From the NCBI GenBank assembly GCA_963796965.1, contig CAWCNS010000004.1, positions 160,001-224,000 of the forward strand: a DNA stretch of 64,000 nt. Reading direction: 5' to 3'. Below the pieces are notes generated by a model. It made no database searches, was not told the DNA's origin, and saw nothing but the letters and a program-made list of their open reading frames with translations. The DNA comes from Calditrichia bacterium (GTDB lineage Bacteria > Calditrichota > Calditrichia > JAJRVZ01). Of this stretch, positions 44,333-54,507 are shown piece after piece. Position numbers and translations under genes: made by a program. Position 1 is the stretch's first letter. Every line of letters begins with the position of its first letter.

Positions 44333-45613
44333 ATGTCAGTATTAGCAATTATGGGCGGATCTCCCCTCAGGGATGTAAAACAAACACCCTGGCCGCAATG
44401 GCCAATCTGGGATCAAAATGAAGAGAAGGGCTTGCTGGAGGTACTTAACAGTGGTATTTGGTCATATAATGGCGCCAAGGAAAGAGAATTTAATAAATCC
44501 TTTGCTCAGTATATTGGCTCAAAGTATGCTGTCTCAGCAGCAAATGGTACTGTAACTCTGCAATTGGCTATAGAAGCGTTAGGTATCGGGTATGGGGATG
44601 AAGTTATTTTACCCGGATTGACCTGGCAGGCAACGGCCGCGACAGTGGCAGATGTAAATGCTATTCCTATTCTGGTTGATGTACTGGAAGATACCTGGTG
44701 TATTGATCCAAAAAAAGTTGAAGAGGCGATAACTTCTCGCACCAAGGCCATCATTCCTGTTCATCTTTATGGTGGATTTGCTGATATGGATGCTTTATTA
44801 GCCATTGCAGAGAAACATGGGCTTAAAATTATTGAGGATTGTGCTCATAAACATGGTGGTGAGTGGAAAGGAAAGAAAGCGGGAAGCCTTGGTGATGTCG
44901 GGAGTTTCAGTTTTCAGCTCTCAAAACATCTTACGGCTGGCGAGGGTGGTGCTCTAACAACCAGTGATTTTGCAATTGCTGAAAAACTTGATGCTTTGCG
45001 TAATTGTGGCAGAAGACCGGAAGGCGATGAATATGATGATGTGGACAAAGGGGCAGGTGTCTATGGCGATGATGGAAATTTTATTCAATCCGGGAATTAT
45101 CGATTAACTGAGTTTCAGGCTGCAATTTTGGTTGAAGGTCTGAAAAGATTACCGGAGCAAAATAGTAGGAGAGATAAAAATGCCATCTATTTAAATGGGT
45201 TGCTTGGTGATTTGTCTGGTGTTAAACCGATGAGAAGAGATGATAGAGAAACAAATGAAGCCTATTTTAATTTTTCCTTCCGATATTTTGCACACGATTT
45301 CAAAAATCTACCCGTACAAAAATTCAGGGCGTCTCTCTCCAAGGAATTAGGAATAGATGTAGAACCATCTTATGAGCCTCTAAACAAATGTTCCTTATAT
45401 GTTCCGCTTACAAAACCGGCACGGCACAAATTGACTGATGCACATTGGGATGAGATGGACCCGACCAGGTTTAATCTGCCCGTTTGTGAAAGAATTTATG
45501 ACGAGGAGTCCGTCTGTTTGCATCATAAAGTGCTTATGGGTCCACAATCAGATATGGATCAGATTGCTGAGGCAATCAGTAAGATTTATGATAATGTGGA
45601 TGAATTGGTGTAA
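44333..45613 (+). CDS. DegT/DnrJ/EryC1/StrS PLP-dependent aminotransferase (RifK/BtrR/StsC-like branch)
   Basis: NGT, PVHLYG, EDCAH, SFSFQLSKHLTAGEGG (PLP Lys), GNYRLTEFQAA; N-terminal WPQWP as in RifK/BtrR-type enzymes. Confidence 0.88.
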   Translation: MSVLAIMGGSPLRDVKQTPWPQWPIWDQNEEKGLLEVLNSGIWSYNGAKEREFNKSFAQYIGSKYAVSAANGTVTLQLAIEALGIGYGDEVILPGLTWQATAATVADVNAIPILVDVLEDTWCIDPKKVEEAITSRTKAIIPVHLYGGFADMDALLAIAEKHGLKIIEDCAHKHGGEWKGKKAGSLGDVGSFSFQLSKHLTAGEGGALTTSDFAIAEKLDALRNCGRRPEGDEYDDVDKGAGVYGDDGNFIQSGNYRLTEFQAAILVEGLKRLPEQNSRRDKNAIYLNGLLGDLSGVKPMRRDDRETNEAYFNFSFRYFAHDFKNLPVQKFRASLSKELGIDVEPSYEPLNKCSLYVPLTKPARHKLTDAHWDEMDPTRFNLPVCERIYDEESVCLHHKVLMGPQSDMDQIAEAISKIYDNVDELV

Positions 45614-45657
45614 CAGGATTCGTGGAGAGTAAAGCGTTGAGCGTAGGGGCCGCCCGT

Positions 45658-45776
45658 TTGAATATTCAATATTCAACAAGGAATATTCAATGTTCAAATA
45701 ATTTAATTGTAAATTTTGAACCGTTAAAGATGAATTGTGAACGGGATATTGTAGGGGCAGACCCGCGTGTCTGCCC
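45658..45776. repeat. AATATTC 7-mer repeat arm and GTAG-type REP
   Basis: ttgaatattcaatattcaacaaggaatattcaatgttcaa; GTAGGGGCAGACCCGCGTGTCTGCCC at 45751-45776. Confidence 0.78.
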
Positions 45777-45824
45777 TAAATAAAATCAGTGAATCTTGTA
45801 TAAAGAACAAATCTGGAAAGAAAA

Positions 45825-46829
45825 ATGAAAAAGATTAAAATTGCCTTGATCGGTGCAGGATATATTGCTGACTATCATGCCCGTGGGTTGAAAAGGTTGG
45901 AAAATGTTGAAATGGTTTCTGTTGCTGCTTTGCCATTACAATCTGCAGAGGCCTTCGCCTCTAAATATAATATTAATGGTGCTACAGATAATGCCCTGAG
46001 TTTGGTTGACCGGGATGATATTGATGCCGTGATCATCGGTACACCAAATAAATTTCATGCCCCCTACGCGATTGCCTTTATGGAGAAGGGAAAGGATGTA
46101 TTTTTAGAAAAACCGATGGCGATGAATGTTCCCGAAGGAGAAGAAGTCATTAGGTGTTCGGAAAAGAACGACCGGATCGTGATGGTTGGCCATATGTGGC
46201 GTTTTGATACGGAAGTTAATTTTATCAGAGATGTGGTCAATTCAGGCCAGCTGGGCACGATCATAAAGACAAAAGGATATGGTATCCATGAGAACTGGGG
46301 GCCGGCAGGTTGGTTTACACAAAAGGAACTAGCGGGTGGAGGAGCTCTGGCTGATATGGGTGTACACGCGCTGGATACGATCCGGTACATTTTGGGTGAA
46401 CCCCGGCCAAAAGAGGTATACGCAAAGATAGGTACTTATTATGGTGATTATGATGTTGACGATACGGGGATTATTATGATTACCTGGGACAATGGTGCCA
46501 CATCGATTATTGAAAGCGGGTGGTGGCATCCCCATATGGATGGTCCGGAAGCAGGAACCCAGCTATTTGGTACAAAAGGTTATGGAAGTTTGTTCCCAAC
46601 GGAGTTAAAAATAAAGGTTGGAAAATTTCCTGGTGAATTTAAACCGCCAATGCCCGAAAAAATCGAGCACTGCGATCAGGTAATCTATGACCGTCAGATG
46701 GAACATTTTGTGGCGTGCATCCGCACCCGGCAGGTGCCCAATCCTGGTATCGAAGAAGGAATGAATGTGTTAAAAATAGTTGATGCAGCCTATGAATCGT
46801 CTTTGGCAGGTAAAGTGGTGAAATTATAA
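45825..46829 (+). CDS. Gfo/Idh/MocA-family oxidoreductase
   Basis: IGAGYIA, TPNKFH, EKPMA, GGGALADMGVH. Confidence 0.92.
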   Translation: MKKIKIALIGAGYIADYHARGLKRLENVEMVSVAALPLQSAEAFASKYNINGATDNALSLVDRDDIDAVIIGTPNKFHAPYAIAFMEKGKDVFLEKPMAMNVPEGEEVIRCSEKNDRIVMVGHMWRFDTEVNFIRDVVNSGQLGTIIKTKGYGIHENWGPAGWFTQKELAGGGALADMGVHALDTIRYILGEPRPKEVYAKIGTYYGDYDVDDTGIIMITWDNGATSIIESGWWHPHMDGPEAGTQLFGTKGYGSLFPTELKIKVGKFPGEFKPPMPEKIEHCDQVIYDRQMEHFVACIRTRQVPNPGIEEGMNVLKIVDAAYESSLAGKVVKL

Positions 46830-46854
46830 CTCATCGTACAGAGCAATAAATTTT

Positions 46855-47070
46855 ATCCACTAATTTCACGAATTAACACTAATTTAATTATCTAAAACAG
46901 GTGATTTATTAGCAGCACTTTAGTCATGCCGAATTCATTTCGGCATCTAACTATTCAACAAAAAAAATGATCCTGAAATAAATTCAGGATGACTTTTCTA
47001 AAGCATTCAATACAGAATAATTTGCTTAATTAGTGGATAACAATCTTTGAAACCTGGCGTTTTTGCGAGA
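46855..47070. repeat. CCACGAATT-family element with a nested two-unit palindromic repeat
   Basis: Outer atccactaatttcacgaattaacactaatt ... aattagtggat (47038); inner gtcatgccgaattcatttcggcatc ... gatcctgaaataaattcaggatgac (46923-46993). Confidence 0.82.
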
Positions 47071-47097
47071 ATAAATGATTTAAAAGATCGGATAAAT

Positions 47098-48081
47098 ATG
47101 AAAAAGATCAGATGGGGAATATTAAGCACGGGTGATATAGCCCATAGTTTTACAAAAGATTTAAAATTAATTCCGGATGCAGAAGTAGTTGCTGTTGGTT
47201 CGCGCAGCCTAGAAAGTGCAAATAGCTTTGCCGACACACATGATATTCCGAACAGGCATCCCTCGTACGAAGCATTGGCAAATGACCCGGAGGTGGAGGT
47301 AATCTACATCGCTACTCCCCATACCTTACATGCAGAAAACAGTATTTTATGTATGAAGGCCGGTAAAGCGGTATTGTGTGAAAAGGCTTTTGCGATGACG
47401 GCCGGGGAAGCTGAAGAAATGATTCGCGTGGCCAGGGAAGAGAAAGTCTTTCTTATGGAAGCGATGGTGACGAGACATTTTCCTGTTACCCATCAAATCC
47501 TGGAATGGATCAAAGAGGGGAAAATAGGTGAAGTGAGAATGGTTAAGGCAACACGCGGTGCCCGGGGAAAATTTGATAATTTTACACGTCATCTTAATCC
47601 TGAAAAGGGTGGGGGCAGCCTGTTAGATGTGGGTATCTACGTCATCTCCTTTGCGTCTATGATTTATGGTAAAGCACCACTCAAGTCAGTTGGTTATGGA
47701 TATATTGGATCTTCAGGTTCGGATGAACAAGGCGCAGCCTTGCTTGAATATGATGAGGGAGCCTTAGCCATTTTAACCTTTGCTCTACGGACAGATACGG
47801 TTAATGAGGCCTATATTTTTGGCACGGAAGGTTATATAAAAGTGTTTCCCACTTTCGCCGTTGCTCAAAAAGCGGTTCTCCGGGTTGAGGGCGAAGAGGA
47901 GATCATCACTGAAATTCCAATAAATGGAAATGGTTTAAATTATGAGGCCCGTGAGGTAATGCGGTGTTTAAGGGCTGGTGAAATTGAGAGCCCCAGAATG
48001 CCTCTTGATGAATCATTAGAAATCATGAAAATCATGGATAATATCAGAGCACCATGGCCATTAAGATATCCGAATGATTAG
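47098..48081 (+). CDS. Gfo/Idh/MocA-family oxidoreductase (dimeric dihydrodiol / D-xylose dehydrogenase-like)
   Basis: IRWGILSTGDIA, YIATPH, CEKAF, FLMEAM, GGGSLLDVGIY; ATG 47098 chosen as the start. Confidence 0.88.
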   Translation: MKKIRWGILSTGDIAHSFTKDLKLIPDAEVVAVGSRSLESANSFADTHDIPNRHPSYEALANDPEVEVIYIATPHTLHAENSILCMKAGKAVLCEKAFAMTAGEAEEMIRVAREEKVFLMEAMVTRHFPVTHQILEWIKEGKIGEVRMVKATRGARGKFDNFTRHLNPEKGGGSLLDVGIYVISFASMIYGKAPLKSVGYGYIGSSGSDEQGAALLEYDEGALAILTFALRTDTVNEAYIFGTEGYIKVFPTFAVAQKAVLRVEGEEEIITEIPINGNGLNYEAREVMRCLRAGEIESPRMPLDESLEIMKIMDNIRAPWPLRYPND

Positions 48082-48114
48082 CCCTGAATAATTTATTAAA
48101 ACCTCGAATAATTT

Positions 48115-48151
48115 AACGCAGAGACGCAAAGAAGGCGCAAAGAACGCAAAG
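48115..48151. repeat. Solo CGCAAAG-family arm
   Basis: aacgcagagacgcaaagaaggcgcaaagaacgcaaag; other solo arms at 42907 and 37529. Confidence 0.65.
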
Positions 48152-48310
48152 TCTTTTCTAAATTTTCATAATATTTATGGGAACTGTTTTAGAAAATTCT
48201 CATAATGCTTAAAGCACTTTTTTTCATCTCGGTTTTATAGTCAAATAGCCTTTTCCCTGGATAAAATGTGATGAGGATTGGGTCGGTACGGAAAAAAAAG
48301 GGAGGTATCA

Positions 48311-51037
48311 ATGAAGATAATATCCGCTGTGTTTCACCAGAATGTTTTATTGACGATCTCCAATAAGCATGTTTTTCGTAAATTTATCTTTCCTATTTTT
48401 CCCTTCTACTTGATTGTTGCCATTATTTCATGCTCAGGCCAATCACAAAATACAAATTCAAAAATTATGCTCGCAGATCAATGGTATTTGCAATCATCTG
48501 CAAAAATTGAATATTCTGGCTCCGAATTGTCCAATCCAGGTATTAACACGGAATCCTGGTATCCGACCAAAGTTCCATCCACGGTTCTCGCTGCACTCGT
48601 TGAAAATGATATTTATCCTGATCCCTATTATAGTGATAATCTCAAGTCAATTCCCGGCTACCGTGATGGACGCTGGCTGGCAATGAAGGCGGACAGTCCT
48701 TTTTATCCATCCTGGTGGTATCGTACTGAATTTGACGTACCCTTATCCTGGGATCAGAAAAAAACTGTCGCACATTTTGATGGGATAAATTATAAAGTAA
48801 ATATCTGGCTGAATGGTCGACAGATCGCTGATACATCAGATGTTGTTGGAATGTTCCGCAGATTTAAGTTTGATGTTAACGAACATTTGAAGGTTGGCCA
48901 GAAAAATGTTCTGGCAGTTGAAGTATTTTCTCCGGGAAGGATTCCGGACATCAAATATAGAACAAAACAAGTTGAAGCAACAACAGGCTGGGATGATCAC
49001 AACCCACAACCGCCTGATCTCAATATGGGCCTTTGGGAGGATGTCTATTTATCTGCCACTGGTCCTGTGGTTATTCGTAATCCCTACGTTGTTACGGATC
49101 TGGATTTACCCTCACTCAAAAGGGCCCAGATTACAATTACTGCCGAGTTAAAAAATAAAGATAACAAGAAGGTCCAGGGTATTCTCCGGGGTAAAATTGA
49201 AAATATCGTATTTGAAAAACCGGTAACGCTCAAGGCGGGTGAACTTAAAACATGCGAATTTAATCCCATTGATTATAAACAGTTAGTCATAAATGATCCA
49301 CGTTTGTGGTGGCCTCATCCGGTTGGTCCGCAGGAGCTTTATAATCTTGAATTATCTTTTACAATAAACAATCAACTCTCCTCAAGTGAGGAAGTTCGTT
49401 TTGGTATACGGGAAGTTTCAACTTATGTAAATGAAGAGGGGTGGCGCGGGTACAAGGTAAATGGCAAAAACATTCTGATCCGGGGCGGGGCCTGGATGAC
49501 CAGTGATATGATGCTGAATCTAACAGATGAACGGTACGATGCTTTAGTACGCTATGCGCGGGAGGCAAATCTGAATGCCCTACGCTCGGAAGGATTTTCT
49601 ATTCGGGAAACAGAAGAATTCTATAACAAATGTGATGAGTATGGCGTCTTTGTCATTCAACAGATATTTGGACGGAGTATCCCCAATGAGGACCTTGCGG
49701 TTGACTTGATTGAGGACATGATCTTACGCATTCGCAATCATCCCAGTCTGATTCATTTTCTTGGCCATGATGAAACTTTTCCGACAGAATATTTGGATAC
49801 TAAATATCGTGAACTTGTTGCTAAATATACCCCACAAAGGACCTACCAACCCCATTCAGGGGCATTTCATATCGAAAATCGCTTTAAAACGGGTGGTACC
49901 AGAACCGGAACGTTAGAATTGTGGACCTATGCCACACCTTCACATTATTATAAGCACAAGGAAGATGGCGCATGGGGATTTGCGCAATCTGGTGGCATCG
50001 GTGGGATCATTGCTCCCTATGAGAGCATTCGGAGAATGATGCCCTCTTCGGCACAATGGCCTATCAATAATGACATATTTTCTTTTCATACCGTTTTGCA
50101 GGGTATTGAATATTTTGATCTAGCTATAAAGTCGTTAGAGCAGCGTTATGGGAAACCAGCTGAGATAGAAGAGTTTTGTTTTAAGGGACAGGTCATGAAT
50201 TATGAGAGTGCCAGGGGTATGTATGAAGCTTATGGACGAAATAAGTATGACGCGCTTGGCATCACAACCTGGAAATATAATGCAGCCTGGCCGGCAGCCA
50301 TGACCTGGCAGTATGTGGACTGGTATCTTAATGTAGGAGGGGCTTACTATGGAGCAAAAAAAGCCTGTGAACCGCTCCACATTCAATATTCATATGACGA
50401 TCATTCAGTTGTTGTTCTAAATAGTTACTATAAAGAATTCAATAATTTACATGCTTCGGCAAAAATCTTTAATATGGATATGACCGAAAAATATAGTAAA
50501 TCTGCCACGATTGATGTCGGTATTGATTCAAAATCCGAAGCATTCAAGATTGAATGGCCGGAAAAATTAAGTAAAACATTTTTTTTAAGCCTCAAACTTA
50601 ATGATGGTCAGGGAAAACATTTTTCAGAGAACTTTTATTGGTTGTCAACCTCACCGGATATTCAGGGAAGCAAGGATGAAATTCGCACAGGCAAAGGATG
50701 GGGGATTCTAAAAGCGAATCCTGATTCCTATGCAGATTTTACTGATTTAAATCATCTGCCAAAAATTAAATTAAATACTGATTTCATTCTTGATTTTGAG
50801 GATGGGGTGGGAAAGGCTGAAGTTATTATCAAAAATCCGACAGATAAACCGGCCTTTATGGTTGTTTTGGCTCTTAAAGACAAAAACAGCAGCGATGAAA
50901 TTACACCGGTTTACTGGCAGGATAATTACTTTTCACTATTGCCGGGAGAAAAAAAGACGGTCCTCGCAGATTTTTCCGCACGGGATCGTGATAAAGAAGA
51001 TATTCAGTTTATATTATATGGCTGGAACCTGGAATAA
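48311..51037 (+). CDS. GH2-family protein related to exo-beta-glucosaminidases, probable lipoprotein, atypical catalytic residues
   Basis: GGAGG RBS; lipobox IISC; FDGINY, NPQPPD, LRSEG, RNHPS..GHDET, GFAQSG, YYGAKKACEPLH. Paralogous to 24776..27373. Confidence 0.85.
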   Translation: MKIISAVFHQNVLLTISNKHVFRKFIFPIFPFYLIVAIISCSGQSQNTNSKIMLADQWYLQSSAKIEYSGSELSNPGINTESWYPTKVPSTVLAALVENDIYPDPYYSDNLKSIPGYRDGRWLAMKADSPFYPSWWYRTEFDVPLSWDQKKTVAHFDGINYKVNIWLNGRQIADTSDVVGMFRRFKFDVNEHLKVGQKNVLAVEVFSPGRIPDIKYRTKQVEATTGWDDHNPQPPDLNMGLWEDVYLSATGPVVIRNPYVVTDLDLPSLKRAQITITAELKNKDNKKVQGILRGKIENIVFEKPVTLKAGELKTCEFNPIDYKQLVINDPRLWWPHPVGPQELYNLELSFTINNQLSSSEEVRFGIREVSTYVNEEGWRGYKVNGKNILIRGGAWMTSDMMLNLTDERYDALVRYAREANLNALRSEGFSIRETEEFYNKCDEYGVFVIQQIFGRSIPNEDLAVDLIEDMILRIRNHPSLIHFLGHDETFPTEYLDTKYRELVAKYTPQRTYQPHSGAFHIENRFKTGGTRTGTLELWTYATPSHYYKHKEDGAWGFAQSGGIGGIIAPYESIRRMMPSSAQWPINNDIFSFHTVLQGIEYFDLAIKSLEQRYGKPAEIEEFCFKGQVMNYESARGMYEAYGRNKYDALGITTWKYNAAWPAAMTWQYVDWYLNVGGAYYGAKKACEPLHIQYSYDDHSVVVLNSYYKEFNNLHASAKIFNMDMTEKYSKSATIDVGIDSKSEAFKIEWPEKLSKTFFLSLKLNDGQGKHFSENFYWLSTSPDIQGSKDEIRTGKGWGILKANPDSYADFTDLNHLPKIKLNTDFILDFEDGVGKAEVIIKNPTDKPAFMVVLALKDKNSSDEITPVYWQDNYFSLLPGEKKTVLADFSARDRDKEDIQFILYGWNLE

Positions 51038-51212
51038 TTTTTTTTTAATATTTCAACAATTGTCACAAACTTTGTAGCTTTCTTATAGTTATATTTAAAG
51101 TCCCGGGATAATTCGGGAGCCTTTGACAGGGTGCAAATTTTTTAATGTTGAAAATTATTTAAGAAAAGGGGGACTTTTCGCTATAAAAACCAACTAATTT
51201 TCAAAATGTTTC

Positions 51213-51255
51213 TTGACAAAACGGAAAAAAATATGTAAGATGCGCAAACGTTTGC
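51213..51255 (+). promoter_or_regulatory. Sigma70-type promoter with LacI operator upstream of the TonB receptor operon
   Basis: TTGACA (51213)-17 bp-TAAGAT (51236), then perfect palindrome GCAAACGTTTGC at 51244-51255. Confidence 0.8.
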
Positions 51256-51586
51256 CTCGAACCTGAAGCATGTTCTGAATTGATACTGACATTATCCAAT
51301 ACATAGATCTGACTACTATCTCGAATTCTTATTCCTTTGTTAAAATTCGCATTGCAGACGTTCTAATGAAAAATGAAAATGGTGGATTTTTTTCCAACTC
51401 ACATAGTTAGCACTATATCCCTACAGGTGCTTGTTTAGAAAAATCAGTTCTGCGACAATTATCACAAAATTTTGCGATCGTTAAGAATTTTTGGAACAAT
51501 AATTAATACGAAGCATAAAATTTCCTCATTACGGGGTGGACTTTAGTCAATTGCATATAATAGAATCAATAAGAAGGATGAATCTG

Positions 51587-54488
51587 ATGGAAAATACCAG
51601 ATGGCCAATTTTTATCTTTATACTCGTTTTTCTAGTGGTTTTAGGACCTTCAATTATGTTGGCTGGTACAACGGGTAAGATCGCTGGTGTCGTCACAGAC
51701 AAATCAAGCGGTGAAGGACTCCCTGGTCCTAATATTGAAATAGTGGGAACAAGTCTGGGTGCGGCGGCAGATGTTAATGGCATGTTCGTTGTGTTAATGA
51801 TTCCTCCGGGAAAGCATACGGTACGTGTCTCCATGCTCGGTTATAGTACAGTTGAGTTGACAGATGTTGTCGTGAATATAGACCGGGTAACTCAGATCGA
51901 GGTTGAACTTCAGGAAGCAAATTCTCGAGGGAGAAGTAATCACCGTTGAAGCAACGCGGGAGGCTGTAGAGTTTGACCGCACAAATAGTACCTCTTATGT
52001 TAGCAAAGAACAAATTGATGCCATGCCGGTCAAGAATGTTTCGGATGTAATTCAATTGCAGGCAGGTGTTGTAAAAGACGCTGGTGGGGGGATACATATA
52101 CGTGGCGGGCGTACTAGAGAGGTCGCTTATATGATTGATGGAATTAGTGTAACTAATAACTTCAGCCAAGGCGGTGGTTCAAATGTCCGGATGGAAAACA
52201 ATTTTATTCAAGAGTTGCAGGTAATTACAGGGACCTTCAATGCTGAATATGGTCAGGCACAATCAGGGATCATAAATGTGGTTACAAAAGTGCCTGAAAA
52301 TAAATTTGAATTTATGGTAGATGCCATGACCGGGGGATATTATTCAACACAACCGCAGTATATTAATCTTGATGAATTTGATCCTCTTGGTGAATCGGAA
52401 GTCAATTTTTCTGTATCCGGACCAATTCCTTTCCCTAAAAGTCTTGGTAAGTTGGGTTTTTATGTCAATGGACGTGTCTTAAATTCAAATGGTTACTTGA
52501 ATGGTCAACGCCGATATAATATCACGGATGGTTGGGAAATTGAGGTATATCGTGAATGGTATGATGCGACCTATGATCCAAAGGATCCGCTGGTTATACC
52601 AATCCCTGATTCACTACATACAGGTGATGGTGCATATGTCTCAATGAACTGGTCAGAATTATATAATGTCAATACAAAGTTGGTATACCAACCCACTACT
52701 TCTATTACTGCTGCCTACAATATGTTTTACAGTAAAACAGATGGAAAGGGTTATTCAAATTCCTGGCGTTTCGCTCCTGATGGCACAAGTGAGTATCATT
52801 CTGTTAACTTAACGCACATGCTAACATTTACCCATACACCCTGGAATAATTTCTTTTATAATCTTCGCTACTCCTTTCAGCAGAATCAATCCGAATCCTA
52901 TGCTTTCGAAGATGCCAATGATCCCAGGTATCAGACAACAGCGGTAAATGCCTGGGACCCTGGTAAAAATACAGGCTATGATTATGGTGGCATTAATTCT
53001 TGGGACCGTAATTACTATGACCAAAATACGCATTTGGTAAATGGTGATGCCACCTGGCAGATTAATAATATCGTAGAATTGAAAGGTGGATTTGAAGTAA
53101 AAAAATATGACTTAAAATATAAGCGGTCCCCGATGAGGGAAGTCCTGGGTTATGAAACCCAGCAATTCCCCTATACTCGAAATGAAATCAGGGGTTTGGA
53201 AATACCGTATCTCATATTTCGAGAGGCGACGAGAGATTATCAATATGGGAATATACGGGTTCGAGAAACACATGCTGATTCACTTGAAGATGCACAGTTT
53301 TATGTAGATTATGACCGGTTTCCTCTTGAGGGATCAGGTTATCTCCAAACGACGTTGAGTATGGGTGATATTATTTTTAATGCAGGGATGAGACTTGATG
53401 TGTTTATGCCCCAGGATCGTTATGCGCCTGATTATTCAAAAGTCTTTCCTGAGTTTGTAGGAGCCGACACTTATTACGAAAAAGCTAAAACCAAATACCA
53501 GGTAAGCCCAAGATTTGGATTATCCTTTCCAGTATCCACAAAAGGTGCTATCCGACTCTCCTATGGTCATTTCTTTCAAATGCCAAGTTTAGAAAAATTA
53601 TATCAAAATCCCGTATTGCCTCACTATAATCAATTTAGTATTATGGGCACTAACATTGGAAATCCGAACCTGGATGCCGAGAAAACGGTCCAATATGAAG
53701 CGGGCCTGCAACAAGAATTAGTGCCAGGTTTGGCCATGGAACTTTCAGTCTTTTATAAAGATATAAGGGATTTATTGGGAGTTGAAATTTTAACCCTGAG
53801 CAATGGAACGACTTTTTACAGATATATCAATAAAGAATATGGCAATGCCAATGGTGTCACTCTGGCGTTTAACCAGGCAACAAGAGATGGTACCTTGACA
53901 AGCTCGCTTGATTATACGTATATGACTGCCAAGGGTACCTCTTCAAGTGCAGAGGCAATACGAGAAGTGGCTATTACATCCGGACCTGGAGCTGGGGCGT
54001 ATACGATGGCTTCCAGAAGGGTTAATTACTTAAACTGGGATCAAACCCATTCTTTAAATGGCGTGGTTAATTACATCCCTGCGTCAGGTTGGTTGGTTAG
54101 TGTCATTGCTCAGTGGGGCTCAGGCTTGCCCTATTCCCCTGCTACGCTTGATCCAAGTGTTGAAATTCCTGGTGGATGGTGGGATAATAGTGATCGAAAA
54201 CCAACACGTTGGTCGGTAGATTTGAAATTTGGAAAGAATTTCAAAGTATGGGATTCAAACTTACTTCTCTATCTGGACATATATAATGTCTTTGATCATG
54301 CAGATGAAAACTCAGTGAATGCAATTACTGGTCGTGCCGGTCCTAATGCCTATACACCAGAACTGGGTCGGGCACGTTACAGAAGAATAGATCAAATCGG
54401 TGCGTTCAGCCACACAGAGGCTGATTATAATCCGACTCAATATTCCCGACCACGTTTAATTCAATTTGGTGTGAATTGGAGTTTCTAA
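51587..54488 (+). CDS. TonB-dependent receptor with N-terminal CarboxypepD_reg-like domain; frameshift near 51920
   Basis: Signal peptide, AGTTGKIAGVVTD, plug IHIRGGR..YMIDG..GTFNAEYG, SPRFGLSFP, GNPNL.AEKT..YE, C-terminal PRLIQFGVNWSF. Confidence 0.9.
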
Positions 54489-54507
54489 ATAATAAAGGTA
54501 TAGCAAA

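Noticed and set aside
44333..48081. Aminoglycoside or AHBA biosynthetic gene cluster
   Set aside because: No cyclitol synthase, glycosyltransferase, PKS or exporter in the window.
2056..48151. CRISPR array interpretation of the recurring intergenic repeats
   Set aside because: The repeats are inverted and dispersed, lack constant repeat-spacer periodicity, and no cas genes are present.
51256..51586. Riboswitch or ncRNA in the ~330-nt leader of the TonB receptor
   Set aside because: No cobalamin, TPP or other aptamer consensus recognised by eye. An Rfam/Infernal scan would be needed to exclude one.
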